DNA of 64,000 nt from a virus. The stretch spans positions 64,001-128,000 of IMG/VR virus record IMGVR_UViG_3300030090_007211; one strand, 5' to 3'. The notes beneath the pieces are model-generated. The model worked only from the letters and a program-made list of their open reading frames with translations. It was not told where the DNA came from and made no database searches. Shown here piece by piece: positions 37,706 through 47,368 of this stretch. The translations under genes were made by a program, and so were the position numbers. The stretch's first letter is position 1; each line of letters opens with the position of its first letter.

Positions 37706-39328
37706 TTATTTAATCTCTCCCGGTTTTTTAGATTGATTTCTTTCACCACACATTTTACATTTACCACAGGGTTGATTAGTAACTGGATTAGGGTACCAAC
37801 ATGTCCAAGTTATATTAAGAACATCCACAAATCCTCCATTGTGTGCTAACCACCACATATCAAATTTATTCATGTGGATAACAGGGAATATAAAATCTTT
37901 AAAAATATCTAATTTATGATCTAATTCGGTTTTAAATAAGGAAGGATCTATATGTGCTGCTCCTGACTTACCTTTTATAAGATGTTTTATTAATTTTTCA
38001 AAACGACCCCCTATTTCAACACCTATTTCTATTTTAGCACCAAAAGTTTTTATAAAATGTGCAAAATTTCTATATTGGACACCCATCCTCTCTTTAATTA
38101 AATGGGTACCATATTTAATAAATTCACATTTTTTTTCTATTTCAGGATCAATCTTTATATAATGGGGGTACACATAAATAGTAGGTAATATTTTATCTTT
38201 ATATCGTGGGTATTTTTCATTTATAAAATGTTTAATTCTAATCATTGCTTCTATTTCATGACCAATATTCTGTCTCACATCAATATTGGTAAAATAAAGT
38301 GGTTGGACTGTAAAACCATATTGTAATAATTCCATCACCCTAAAGGTCGAATCAAATCCGCCAGTCCATAAAATATGTTTAATTTTTCCTTCATTTCTTT
38401 TATTCCATATGTATTGAGTTACATTTATAGCAGAACGAAGTATTTCTTTATCTTCTTCTGGGGTTAAGTACGTGGGGGTTGATCCCTTAGAAAGATTAGT
38501 GAGAAATCTTCCGTTTTCATTTAGTGGGACCCTTCCTTCATTAAGAGAAATAGGAAGAGGGGACTGGGTAACCCTTTTTACAGAAAAAAGGGGGTACCAT
38601 TTACCGTTAGTAATTGCAATAGTATATCTTACATCCGCCAAATGTGTATTCTCTAGATTTTTTATTTCATATTTTCCATCCCCTAAATAAGTTTTAATTG
38701 TTTTAACTTCTTTACTTTTCACAAAAGTTTCTGCGAATTTATCTTTTATTATAATCCCATCTATATTACCAGTAAGTTTTAAATTTTTAAGAAAAAATAT
38801 TTTTTCTCCACACGTTCCTCTAAGAGGTTTCATAACTACATTTGGGCAATTTTCATAAACTTTATTTTTAAAAATAACATCGGAAGGTTGTTTAATATCT
38901 CCCTCATAATTTTCTAATTCTTTTAGAAGTGCCATTTTATCTGACAACAATTCAAAAATAGCGGTGGGAGCGCCAGTTTTTTCATACCGCATCCAATTAT
39001 CTAATATTTCTTTATTATTAAGACTTTTAGTTGATATCATCACCGGTATATTATAAGATTCTAAAAATTCTTTTAACATTTTAACCTGTGGGTGATCAAT
39101 ATCATGGTGTATAATAGCAATCCCTTTTTTATCCTCACCATTTTCTTCCCATATTTTTTTTAAATTTTTACTAGTAGTGAGTGCTCGTTCTTCTGAGGCT
39201 AATAAAAAACTTTTTTCATCATTAAAATTTGTAGATTCCATATATAATGCAGGACCAGAATTTATTTCCAATAAACATAATCCTTCATCAGTTATAATAA
39301 AATCACATCCATAACTATCAATTAACAT
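37706..39328 (-). CDS. Circularly permuted ATP-grasp ligase fused to QueC-like PP-loop domain
   Basis: N-term GCDF..LLEINSGP; VMKP..GTCG; DVR; TNLSKG; then ILWTGGFDST..WTCWYP..PCGKCKMC..R. Confidence 0.75.
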   Translation of the reverse strand: MLIDSYGCDFIITDEGLCLLEINSGPALYMESTNFNDEKSFLLASEERALTTSKNLKKIWEENGEDKKGIAIIHHDIDHPQVKMLKEFLESYNIPVMISTKSLNNKEILDNWMRYEKTGAPTAIFELLSDKMALLKELENYEGDIKQPSDVIFKNKVYENCPNVVMKPLRGTCGEKIFFLKNLKLTGNIDGIIIKDKFAETFVKSKEVKTIKTYLGDGKYEIKNLENTHLADVRYTIAITNGKWYPLFSVKRVTQSPLPISLNEGRVPLNENGRFLTNLSKGSTPTYLTPEEDKEILRSAINVTQYIWNKRNEGKIKHILWTGGFDSTFRVMELLQYGFTVQPLYFTNIDVRQNIGHEIEAMIRIKHFINEKYPRYKDKILPTIYVYPHYIKIDPEIEKKCEFIKYGTHLIKERMGVQYRNFAHFIKTFGAKIEIGVEIGGRFEKLIKHLIKGKSGAAHIDPSLFKTELDHKLDIFKDFIFPVIHMNKFDMWWLAHNGGFVDVLNITWTCWYPNPVTNQPCGKCKMCGERNQSKKPGEIK

Positions 39329-39332
39329 TTTA

Positions 39333-39905
39333 TTATTTTTTTTTAATATTTTTATGTTTTAAAGAACTATCAATAAATTTTTTCATAAATTCATCCTTTT
39401 CTTTATCAGTTTTTAAGTTATACCAATAATAGGAACTTCTTTTACAAAATTCATCGATCTGTTCTTTAATCTTATTACAGGTGATATTAATTTCCTCAAT
39501 CTCATCCTTAAAGTCTTCTACATCTATACCTAATTCAATTGCAATTATTATCAATACACCTTTTTCACCATCTTGTGAAGCATTAACTGCCGTTTCGTAC
39601 ATAGTCCGAAGTTCTAATATTGTTTTTTCATCCTCATCCTTTAATTTGTCAGGATGGGTTAAAGAAACTATCTTTCTAAAAAGTTTTTTAAATTTAGTGG
39701 GTAATTGATCACTAACTGCAGCTTCTTCACTTTGAGTGTCCCCTGAAGAAATAATAGGTATTATAAATTCATACCCAGATTCTATGATATTTTGTTTAAA
39801 ATCTCTTTCGTATTCTCCACGCAACTCATTAAAATATTCTAATTCTTGTTGTAAATATTTGTATTTACTTACTAATCGCTTAAGTTCAATAGAGTTGGTT
39901 GACAT
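39333..39905 (-). CDS. Coiled-coil protein with J-domain-like HPD motif
   Basis: FKKLFRKIVSLTHPDK. Confidence 0.7.
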   Translation of the reverse strand: MSTNSIELKRLVSKYKYLQQELEYFNELRGEYERDFKQNIIESGYEFIIPIISSGDTQSEEAAVSDQLPTKFKKLFRKIVSLTHPDKLKDEDEKTILELRTMYETAVNASQDGEKGVLIIIAIELGIDVEDFKDEIEEINITCNKIKEQIDEFCKRSSYYWYNLKTDKEKDEFMKKFIDSSLKHKNIKKK

Positions 39906-39971
39906 TTATAGTGTTTAACCATAAATATCTGAAGATTGTAATAAAAAGGTATAATTCTAGTAATAGAAATG

Positions 39972-40199
39972 TCATTTTTTAGTAAGTGCGATTAATAACT
40001 CCTCTACCAAGTCTAACACTTCTCTTCTATTGGAGTCTTTGTAGTTACCAAATAGATCATTATGAATATTCAGTAGATTATCTGTTACTCTTTCTATACA
40101 ATTAATTGTACGTTGTTTTTCATGTGATAGAGGTGCATAATAAACTGAATCTTTTACTTGACGTAATTCCGCCATACTGCGCTTTTTTACTTTTGCCAT
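39972..40199 (-). CDS. Hypothetical protein
   Basis: 75-aa ORF. Confidence 0.55.
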   Translation of the reverse strand: MAKVKKRSMAELRQVKDSVYYAPLSHEKQRTINCIERVTDNLLNIHNDLFGNYKDSNRREVLDLVEELLIALTKK

Positions 40200-40230
40200 A
40201 ATACTTTGATTTTATTTAAAGATAAGGAAA

Positions 40231-41010
40231 TTATATTTTAAAATCAACAGATGTAAGCACATTATATCCCTTTTCTGTGATTACTACCGTATGTTCCCAT
40301 GAAGTTCCCACACTTAAATCTTCATTTACTACACTCCATCCATCTTGTGTGGTTATTAAAACATCATTAGTTACTAAACCAGGTTCAATTGCTAAAACAT
40401 TACCCACTTTTAATTTATAATCATTGTAAGGGTTATCTTCTTTAACGTAGTAAGGTATTGCAGGAGGTTCGTGTAAATTTCTTCCTACACCATGCCCTTG
40501 AAAATCTTTTATTACTTTAAAACCATTTTCATTCGCATATTGTTGTTGTCTTTCACATATTTCTCTTATGGTAACTCCCGGTTTTAAAATTTCTAAAGTT
40601 TTATAAAGACATTTTTTACTAACTTCATTTAAACGTTTTTTATCTTCACTTACTTCACCCACTTCTACATTAATGGCGCCATCTGCATACATTCCTTGAT
40701 AAATGACCGGACAATCTATACCTACTAACATCCCGTTTTTAATGACTTGATCAGAAGGGATACCATGTAATAATACTTCATCTATAGAAATACTACAATG
40801 CCCTGGAAATCCATTATATTGATATGAAGCGGATATTCCACCCCATTTTGCAATGTATTTTGCGGCTAATTCGTCTAATTGTTTAGTAGTAATTCCTTCC
40901 TTACATTGGATTGAAAGTCCTGCCAATACTCTTGCCACTATATCTCCGGCAGCACGAATTTTTTTAATTTGATTTTTACTATAGATTTTAGGATGTTTTG
41001 GCTTCTTCAT
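40231..41010 (-). CDS. map: Methionine aminopeptidase type I
   Basis: YNGFP..SIS.DE..HGIPS..IDC..ADG..GHGVG..LHEPP..AIEP..WEHTV.IT. Confidence 0.93.
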   Translation of the reverse strand: MKKPKHPKIYSKNQIKKIRAAGDIVARVLAGLSIQCKEGITTKQLDELAAKYIAKWGGISASYQYNGFPGHCSISIDEVLLHGIPSDQVIKNGMLVGIDCPVIYQGMYADGAINVEVGEVSEDKKRLNEVSKKCLYKTLEILKPGVTIREICERQQQYANENGFKVIKDFQGHGVGRNLHEPPAIPYYVKEDNPYNDYKLKVGNVLAIEPGLVTNDVLITTQDGWSVVNEDLSVGTSWEHTVVITEKGYNVLTSVDFKI

Positions 41011-41078
41011 TTTATAATAAATATACTTTACTCTTATTAAATGGTAAGTATTTATAGTAATAAAATATTTATTAATAG

Positions 41079-43163
41079 ATGGAAGAGGATAAACAAGAAA
41101 AATATCTTAATCGTGTAATTCAAGAGTTGGTGGATAATACTTATGCAGATGTTAGAGATCAAAAAATATGGCATCCATATGATGAACATTATTCTCGTCA
41201 TCTAATTGGTGGTGCTCCATTGCAATTTTTTGATTTTGTTCATGACTCTTATGGTATTTTTCCGGAAGAAGTGGAATCATTATGGTCACAATATAAACAT
41301 AGGATTAAAAAGGAAAATGGATGGGTACAAATTTATCCATTCGATAGTCGTGGTGAAGCAGTTAGATTTGCAATGAATGAAGATTACGATAAGTTTAAAA
41401 AAATAGATAATCCTAAACAACATAAATTTTATCATAAAATCGCAGATAAAATAGTAGACTTAATTGAGGTGAGAGAAACAAGAGACTATGGGTATGATGA
41501 AATGGTAGAAGAAATATTTTTAACGGATTTATTAAATCCTAAATTTCCACGTCAAGGAATGAGTTTACCCCCTAATATTAATATTCCAGATTATGATACA
41601 TTCCACGACAGAATATTACGTAGGGTATCAGATTTTTTCCCTATGTTGGAAAACTATTGGTTTATAGATGATATATTTACCCAACTATTTATTCTAACTA
41701 AATTTGTATTCCCTAAAATATGGAATAAATTTTATAAAGGAGAAGATCAACCAGAAGAATCTACAGATTATGGTGAACATGTGTTAGATTATGAAGAAAA
41801 GAAGAAAGAAATAAATGAATCTACTTCTTTAATAGACGTAGTAGTTAAAGATATGATTAAAAATACTACTACTGAGGTAAGTAAATTTAGTACTCGTACT
41901 GTCTATGTCCCTACTAATAATGCAATTTATAATTTTGGTTTACTCAATAATTTAGAGCGTTGCCCTAACTATCTTTACAATTACATACAAGATACTTATG
42001 GGTTAACTCCCCAAGAAATTGAGGAGGTGTGGATACATTATAAAGACGCAATTATGAATATGTTAGAGGATACGGATAGTAATAATCCCTTTGCTATTAG
42101 AGAAGCAGAAGGAAACATCATTCCTCACTTAACTGAAAAAGAGAAGGAAGACCTTTATTCCTTTGCGTGGCATCCCGACCCAAAGAAAGGAAAATTTTAC
42201 GAAGCTATATTACGGGATGTGATAGGTGCATCTGCAATAAGTTGGGATGGAGTAATAACTGTGGGGGATCCTAATCTAGCTCCCGGTAGAGGCTTGGAAT
42301 TTCATAATATTTCTCTCGCTTATGATGTCAATCCCTTCTTCCGCTATTTAAAAGATACTTATGCGTTATTAGATAACGAGATCCACCCTATTTGGTCCCG
42401 CTGGGAACATATTATGGAAGAGAAGATAAAGAAATGGTTAGAGGAGAAAAATATTTCGTGGAATGATGGTCATTATGCTATTGGTGTTGACTATACTGAT
42501 GACCATATCTGGGATGCTAATAATTTACCCCCACCTGACCACCCAGACTGGGTGGAGGAATCGACTATTAAAGTAGATGATGAAACGGGAGAGTTTTATG
42601 GTTGGAAATCTAACGAACAAATAGATAAAGAATATAGTGAAAAATCCAAATTACAAAAAGGTTACTTACAATGGGCAGTAGAAGAAATAAGAGATCAAAT
42701 AGAAAGTGATCCCATATCCAAAAATCCTTATCGATATGGGTCTGCAGATAGTTTACCACCAGCTTGGATACGCATACGTTGGCAAAATTTAGGTTTAGAC
42801 GCAGATGAGATGGATTGGGCGTGGAGACAAGTGTTAAACCATTTTAAACCTATCCCTTTAACTGAAAATTTTCCACGTTTAAATAAAAATAAATTTAATT
42901 ATATATTTAAAGATTTACATAATAAAACAGTAAAATTACATGGGAGTAATAAACCTCTATGTACAGGAGGTATGTCACCCACATTATCCGATGGTAAAGC
43001 AGTACAAATTTATTTCCCCTCTTCCGATTTTCCTTATTATGTAGAACTAGATGAAAAAGTAAGATCACCTTTTTATCATTATTTAGAAACCACTTACAAT
43101 CTAAGTGAAGACGAAATAGATGAAGTATGGGAGAAATATAGACGATATATCTGTCACACATAA
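41079..43163 (+). CDS. Polyprotein of six 'YG..E..W..Y' domains separated by MNE/INES/IRE-LTE/VEES/LTE linkers
   Basis: e.g. DSYGIFPEEVESLWSQY, DTYGLTPQEIEEVWIHY, DTYALLDNEIHPIWSRW, TTYNLSEDEIDEVWEKY; TATTTATA at 41049-41056. Confidence 0.8.
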   Translation: MEEDKQEKYLNRVIQELVDNTYADVRDQKIWHPYDEHYSRHLIGGAPLQFFDFVHDSYGIFPEEVESLWSQYKHRIKKENGWVQIYPFDSRGEAVRFAMNEDYDKFKKIDNPKQHKFYHKIADKIVDLIEVRETRDYGYDEMVEEIFLTDLLNPKFPRQGMSLPPNINIPDYDTFHDRILRRVSDFFPMLENYWFIDDIFTQLFILTKFVFPKIWNKFYKGEDQPEESTDYGEHVLDYEEKKKEINESTSLIDVVVKDMIKNTTTEVSKFSTRTVYVPTNNAIYNFGLLNNLERCPNYLYNYIQDTYGLTPQEIEEVWIHYKDAIMNMLEDTDSNNPFAIREAEGNIIPHLTEKEKEDLYSFAWHPDPKKGKFYEAILRDVIGASAISWDGVITVGDPNLAPGRGLEFHNISLAYDVNPFFRYLKDTYALLDNEIHPIWSRWEHIMEEKIKKWLEEKNISWNDGHYAIGVDYTDDHIWDANNLPPPDHPDWVEESTIKVDDETGEFYGWKSNEQIDKEYSEKSKLQKGYLQWAVEEIRDQIESDPISKNPYRYGSADSLPPAWIRIRWQNLGLDADEMDWAWRQVLNHFKPIPLTENFPRLNKNKFNYIFKDLHNKTVKLHGSNKPLCTGGMSPTLSDGKAVQIYFPSSDFPYYVELDEKVRSPFYHYLETTYNLSEDEIDEVWEKYRRYICHT

Positions 43164-43262
43164 TTACAAAACTATTACACAACTTTTTTTTTACGTAGTT
43201 TTTAGAAAATATTTATGTATAGGATAACACCTATAATAACAACTAAATAAAAACTAATAACT

Positions 43263-43598
43263 ATGAGTCGAGACGAATTATTTGAATTATTGGATAATAC
43301 TGCGGAAGAATGGACAATAGATTACGTACAAAAGTTAAGAGGCGTAGCTAGAGACATTCTAAATGGTTTATCAGATTCAATCATTACACAAGAAGAGATA
43401 GAAGAATATCTCAGAAAACAAGAAGCACTTTTTGTTGAAAGAATGGAATCATCAATAGATGACATTAAAGCAGAAATTGAAAACTTGATCGAAAATGGTG
43501 GAGATCAAAAAGAGGGAATCCTATCTCAACTATCGGAAACATTTAACGATATCTACCATAAAATGGTTGCGAATTTACGCAAGCTAGTCAATAAATAA
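43263..43598 (+). CDS. Acidic helical/coiled-coil protein
   Basis: 111 aa; ATATTTAT at ~43210. Confidence 0.65.
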   Translation: MSRDELFELLDNTAEEWTIDYVQKLRGVARDILNGLSDSIITQEEIEEYLRKQEALFVERMESSIDDIKAEIENLIENGGDQKEGILSQLSETFNDIYHKMVANLRKLVNK

Positions 43599-43668
43599 TT
43601 TCCCATTTTTTTTCGACCACGTACTTGTAAATTGATTTTGTAAAAAATATTAATTATTATTATTAATA

Positions 43669-44061
43669 ATGAAAACAGAAAATTTTTATACGTATGTGGT
43701 CGAATCTTTATTTAACTCCACACATTTAATTGAAAAAGGAACTCGACCCTCTGAAATTGTTATTGGGGGTAATTTCCACACGTCACCTACCAACTATAAT
43801 GAAAATTACTCACTATCCTTTGATTTTATTAACGGTGAAGTGCCTGATCTTACTTATTCCTTAGCACTATTACAACGATATCATACCTCTAGCATGAGTT
43901 TCATATGTTTCCATTCTCAATTTCCTAAGTATGTTATGGATAACTTCGGAGTACTAGAAGACGAAGTAGAATTTATATGGGAAAGATTAAGGAAAAGAAT
44001 AATTGCTACTATTCTCCAAGATCCGGCAAAGTGCCCAATGCTGGGATCGCTCTCCGCCTAA
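43669..44061 (+). CDS. Stand-alone 'YG..E..W' family protein
   Basis: FYTYVVESLFNST..FPKYVMDNFGVLEDEVEFIWERL. Confidence 0.75.
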   Translation: MKTENFYTYVVESLFNSTHLIEKGTRPSEIVIGGNFHTSPTNYNENYSLSFDFINGEVPDLTYSLALLQRYHTSSMSFICFHSQFPKYVMDNFGVLEDEVEFIWERLRKRIIATILQDPAKCPMLGSLSA

Positions 44062-44230
44062 CACCACCATATCCACCAGCAGAACCACCTCTTACTACCA
44101 CATCATAAATACGTGTTAACATTTCTCTATCTTCTGCAGTAAACGATACAGGTTTATTGTCTATTTCTTCTGCCCAAGATTGTTCGGCAATTACTTCTTT
44201 AATTATATTTCTGATTTCTTTTTTTTGCAT
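44009..44230 (-). CDS. Small protein with IRNIIKEVIAEQ leader
   Basis: Leader plus ATATTTATA at 44246. Confidence 0.55.
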   Translation of the reverse strand: MQKKEIRNIIKEVIAEQSWAEEIDNKPVSFTAEDREMLTRIYDVVVRGGSAGGYGGVRRRAIPALGTLPDLGE

Positions 44231-44263
44231 TAGAATTCTTTTTTATATAAATATATTCTATTA

Positions 44264-44683
44264 TTAAAAACGAATTAAAAACGTAGCATTAACTCTAGTT
44301 TCAGGAAAATTAGGTGGTATAGATAATTCCAAATCTACCCCAAAGTAATCTTTAGCAAAAGGATACATACATATCCCTATAGGAATTACTTCATAATAAT
44401 AGTAAAGATTTCCAAATACACCCCAGTAAGTAATTTGTGCACTACTACGTATCCCACCCCTTTCTGCCAAATACCAAACATACCCTAATTGTGATGTACT
44501 ACTCCATGCAGTAATACTTGGCATCACACTAGTTATGGACACTTTACTATGAGCATATACATGCCATTCGTGAGGTGTCTGAATTCCAATGGAAGATTCA
44601 GTAGGATCAAAACGTAATATCTGAGCATTACATACTAAGGCACTAAATATCAGTACACATAGAAATAAATTTTTAAAAAACAT
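44264..44683 (-). CDS. Secreted beta-rich (OMP-like) protein
   Basis: Signal peptide; terminal Phe; alternating hydrophobic strands. Confidence 0.55.
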   Translation of the reverse strand: MFFKNLFLCVLIFSALVCNAQILRFDPTESSIGIQTPHEWHVYAHSKVSITSVMPSITAWSSTSQLGYVWYLAERGGIRSSAQITYWGVFGNLYYYYEVIPIGICMYPFAKDYFGVDLELSIPPNFPETRVNATFLIRF

Positions 44684-44720
44684 AATGATTGTATTCTATT
44701 ATATAAATATGTGGAAATAA

Positions 44721-44915
44721 TCAATTCATCTTACAACGCTCCGAATACTCTTCCTCATATAGTAGTATCGCATCTAACAATTCATACTTTTCGAAATCAT
44801 ACTCATTCGCATATTCCCCAATCACATCAATGTGAACATCCAACATTCCACATTCCATTCGTTTAATTTTTCCCGTTTCTATCAATTCTTTCGCAATTTC
44901 GTTTGGTTGTTTCAT
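44721..44915 (-). CDS. Hypothetical protein
   Basis: 64-aa ORF. Confidence 0.5.
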   Translation of the reverse strand: MKQPNEIAKELIETGKIKRMECGMLDVHIDVIGEYANEYDFEKYELLDAILLYEEEYSERCKMN

Positions 44916-45165
44916 AACTTTTCAATGTTTCGATATGCCTTAAAAGACATTTTATTTTTGTGTAACCATCTTTCAGCGTTTTTCCAATCACGTCTGTAAC
45001 AATATTTCATTACTTCTTTGTTTTCCTCTTTCATCAGTAATAACAAACGTCTCTGTCTAAACACCTTTTTAAAACATTTCAACATAGTCATCTTTTATAA
45101 ATATATAAAAATTATTTAAGAAAATCTACCACTTCCTTTATATTTATAATAAAAGGTTATTTAAA

Positions 45166-46443
45166 ATGAGACAATCTAAAAAACATAATATTATGGATTC
45201 GGTTAATGAATCAATGAAAATGATTATTTCTGAGGGTATTGTAAATGAAATTTTTAAGAAGGAAAAAATTAAATACCCCGATAATTTCATAAATAAAATA
45301 ATAGAGTATATTAAACGTAACTACCCAGAGGTAGTGAAGATAGAAAAAGATAAAGACTCTTGGTTTTCAAGATCATCGAAAGAATTTCTTCACATCTATG
45401 TAGATGAAGATGATGGACAACCTACTAATCTAGTGCAACATCCTTTAGAATGGACAATACACTGGGATTTAACAGATAATCTATTATCAGGATTACCACA
45501 CCCCATAGATATAAAGGTGACTAATCTTAATAAGGATACTAAATTAAGAGGGCATACAGGTGAAGGTATAAATGAAGTTTTTAGTCCTCTCGATGATCGT
45601 ATACCCAACGAAGATATTAAAAAATTTATAGATAGGGTAGTTAAAAGGATGGTGGATAGAACTGAAATTAATTTATATATGGAGGATTATGATCCTTGGA
45701 AAACGGGTAGTCCTTGGTTTGGTGATTTTATCACCCCACAATTCCCTAACGATAAAAAATATAAATTTAATATATCTTGGTTACTACAAGAACATTTTGA
45801 AAAAAATTTTACTTTTGTTAAATACTTTGCCAGTGAATTAATTGAGGCTTATGGTTTCTCTACTAGAGGGGAATTAGAGTATTTCGATTATGAATACCTT
45901 AAAAAATTAAAAGAAAAAGTAAAGTTGTTACAAATCCCTTTTATAAAAGAGAGACAAAAACAAAAGGAAGAATATCATAAAAGATATAATTTAAGTGAAT
46001 CAAGAAAAGATATAAAAAAGGAGAGAGATGATATTGAAAGGGCAGTGCAAGATCTGAATAGATTACATAATTTTGATGTATCATATGAGGAAATGACCCG
46101 CGGAATTGAAAACTCCTCTCCCCAGCCCCTCTCCTCTGATATATGGGATGAATTAGAGAATACTGAATCTAATGAAATATCTGTAGGAGACTTCGATAAA
46201 GTATTCGACATCTCTAACAAATATAATAAAAGTAACCCACTTAAACTTAAAAAGAAACTAAGTGATGGTACCTACAATTATCCTATCATAGTAAGATTCG
46301 ATGATAGATACTGGTTAGTCGCAGGTAACACAAGATTATGTACTGCAGCAGCAATGGGAATAACTCCTGAAGTAATAATTGCAGATATTAATAAACCATA
46401 CCCTGTAGATGAATCATTAAAACATAAAAATAAAAGATTATGA
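45166..46443 (+). CDS. Polyprotein: unknown domain + YG..E domain + ParB/Srx-like domain
   Basis: Linkers VNES/ISE/INE/LSES/VDES; FIDRVVKRMVDRT..EAYGFS..E; PIIV..YWLVAGNTRL..A..G; TATTTATA at 45141. Confidence 0.7.
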   Translation: MRQSKKHNIMDSVNESMKMIISEGIVNEIFKKEKIKYPDNFINKIIEYIKRNYPEVVKIEKDKDSWFSRSSKEFLHIYVDEDDGQPTNLVQHPLEWTIHWDLTDNLLSGLPHPIDIKVTNLNKDTKLRGHTGEGINEVFSPLDDRIPNEDIKKFIDRVVKRMVDRTEINLYMEDYDPWKTGSPWFGDFITPQFPNDKKYKFNISWLLQEHFEKNFTFVKYFASELIEAYGFSTRGELEYFDYEYLKKLKEKVKLLQIPFIKERQKQKEEYHKRYNLSESRKDIKKERDDIERAVQDLNRLHNFDVSYEEMTRGIENSSPQPLSSDIWDELENTESNEISVGDFDKVFDISNKYNKSNPLKLKKKLSDGTYNYPIIVRFDDRYWLVAGNTRLCTAAAMGITPEVIIADINKPYPVDESLKHKNKRL

Positions 46444-46979
46444 AAGTACTAGCTTTACCATTCATATTACTATTCTTAAATTTTAATTTAATATCACAAC
46501 ATTTAATGTCACCCCCTAATGCCTCGAGAAAAGAAGTGAAACTTATTAAAAGTATTTTAAAAGATTACGTAAATGATGAAGAAGCTTTACTAATATATAA
46601 TCCTTATGCCCCACTATACTTTGGGATATATGGTATAACCTACCAATATACTCCTAATATGTGTTTGATTAGTATCTCTGCCTCCATTGCAGATAGAGAT
46701 AAACGATACTACGTTATATTACATGAACTGGGACATGTATTAGATATTTTCTATGGTGATCTAAGTGAATACCCTCCAATGTGGAAAGGTAAAAGAATGG
46801 ATCACACATTAGATTGGAATGAAAGACCTTGGGAAATACATGCAGATGAATGGGCAAATAGATTATGGAAAAAATATTTACCAGGAGATCCACCACCAAA
46901 TGATTTATTTGATAATGTTAGTTTCCCTCATGATTGTATTTTCCAAAGATGGGGTTCCATCAAATTTAAAAGTGAGTAA
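46440..46979 (+). CDS. Secreted HExxH zinc metallopeptidase-like protein
   Basis: ILHELGHVLD..W..RPWEIHA; signal peptide. Confidence 0.7.
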   Translation: MKVLALPFILLFLNFNLISQHLMSPPNASRKEVKLIKSILKDYVNDEEALLIYNPYAPLYFGIYGITYQYTPNMCLISISASIADRDKRYYVILHELGHVLDIFYGDLSEYPPMWKGKRMDHTLDWNERPWEIHADEWANRLWKKYLPGDPPPNDLFDNVSFPHDCIFQRWGSIKFKSE

Positions 46980-47165
46980 TTAAGTATTAATATCCCCTCT
47001 ATGTGCCACCCTATAATTATTGGGATTTAAATAGATAAGTTGTTTATGAACTTTCCTAATATAAAGAAAAACTTTATCTGCTTCTTTATCATACACTAAA
47101 GTTTTATCTTTAAAAATATCATCTATCTTATAATATGCTGGTTTTGCAGGAAATGGGGACATCAT
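46980..47165 (-). CDS. Hypothetical protein
   Basis: 61 aa, coupled to upstream ORF. Confidence 0.5.
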   Translation of the reverse strand: MMSPFPAKPAYYKIDDIFKDKTLVYDKEADKVFLYIRKVHKQLIYLNPNNYRVAHRGDINT

Positions 47166-47332
47166 AAATCATTTTGTTTATCTTTAATCCCTTGTATGAA
47201 TCCCTTAGTAAAATTAAAAAGAAACCCAATAATCAACGGCAATAATACTACACCAAAAGATAAATGGGGATATAAAGTAAGTTTAAAAATTAATAAAACT
47301 AATACGATACTTAAATCTATTCGTATATCCAT
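47162..47332 (-). CDS. Small membrane protein
   Basis: ATG 47332 after promoter 47337-47368 (TTTG-N20-TATCTTTG). Confidence 0.55.
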   Translation of the reverse strand: MDIRIDLSIVLVLLIFKLTLYPHLSFGVVLLPLIIGFLFNFTKGFIQGIKDKQNDL

Positions 47333-47368
47333 ATTACAAAGATACACAAAATAAATGACTAAAACAAA

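Noticed and set aside
37706-39328. Assigning queC and a 7-deazaguanine DNA modification pathway
   Set aside because: The domain is divergent and fused, and partner genes are not in the window.
4359-43163. Diversity-generating retroelement as source of domain variability
   Set aside because: No reverse transcriptase and no near-identical TR/VR pair with adenine-specific differences; copies are deeply diverged.
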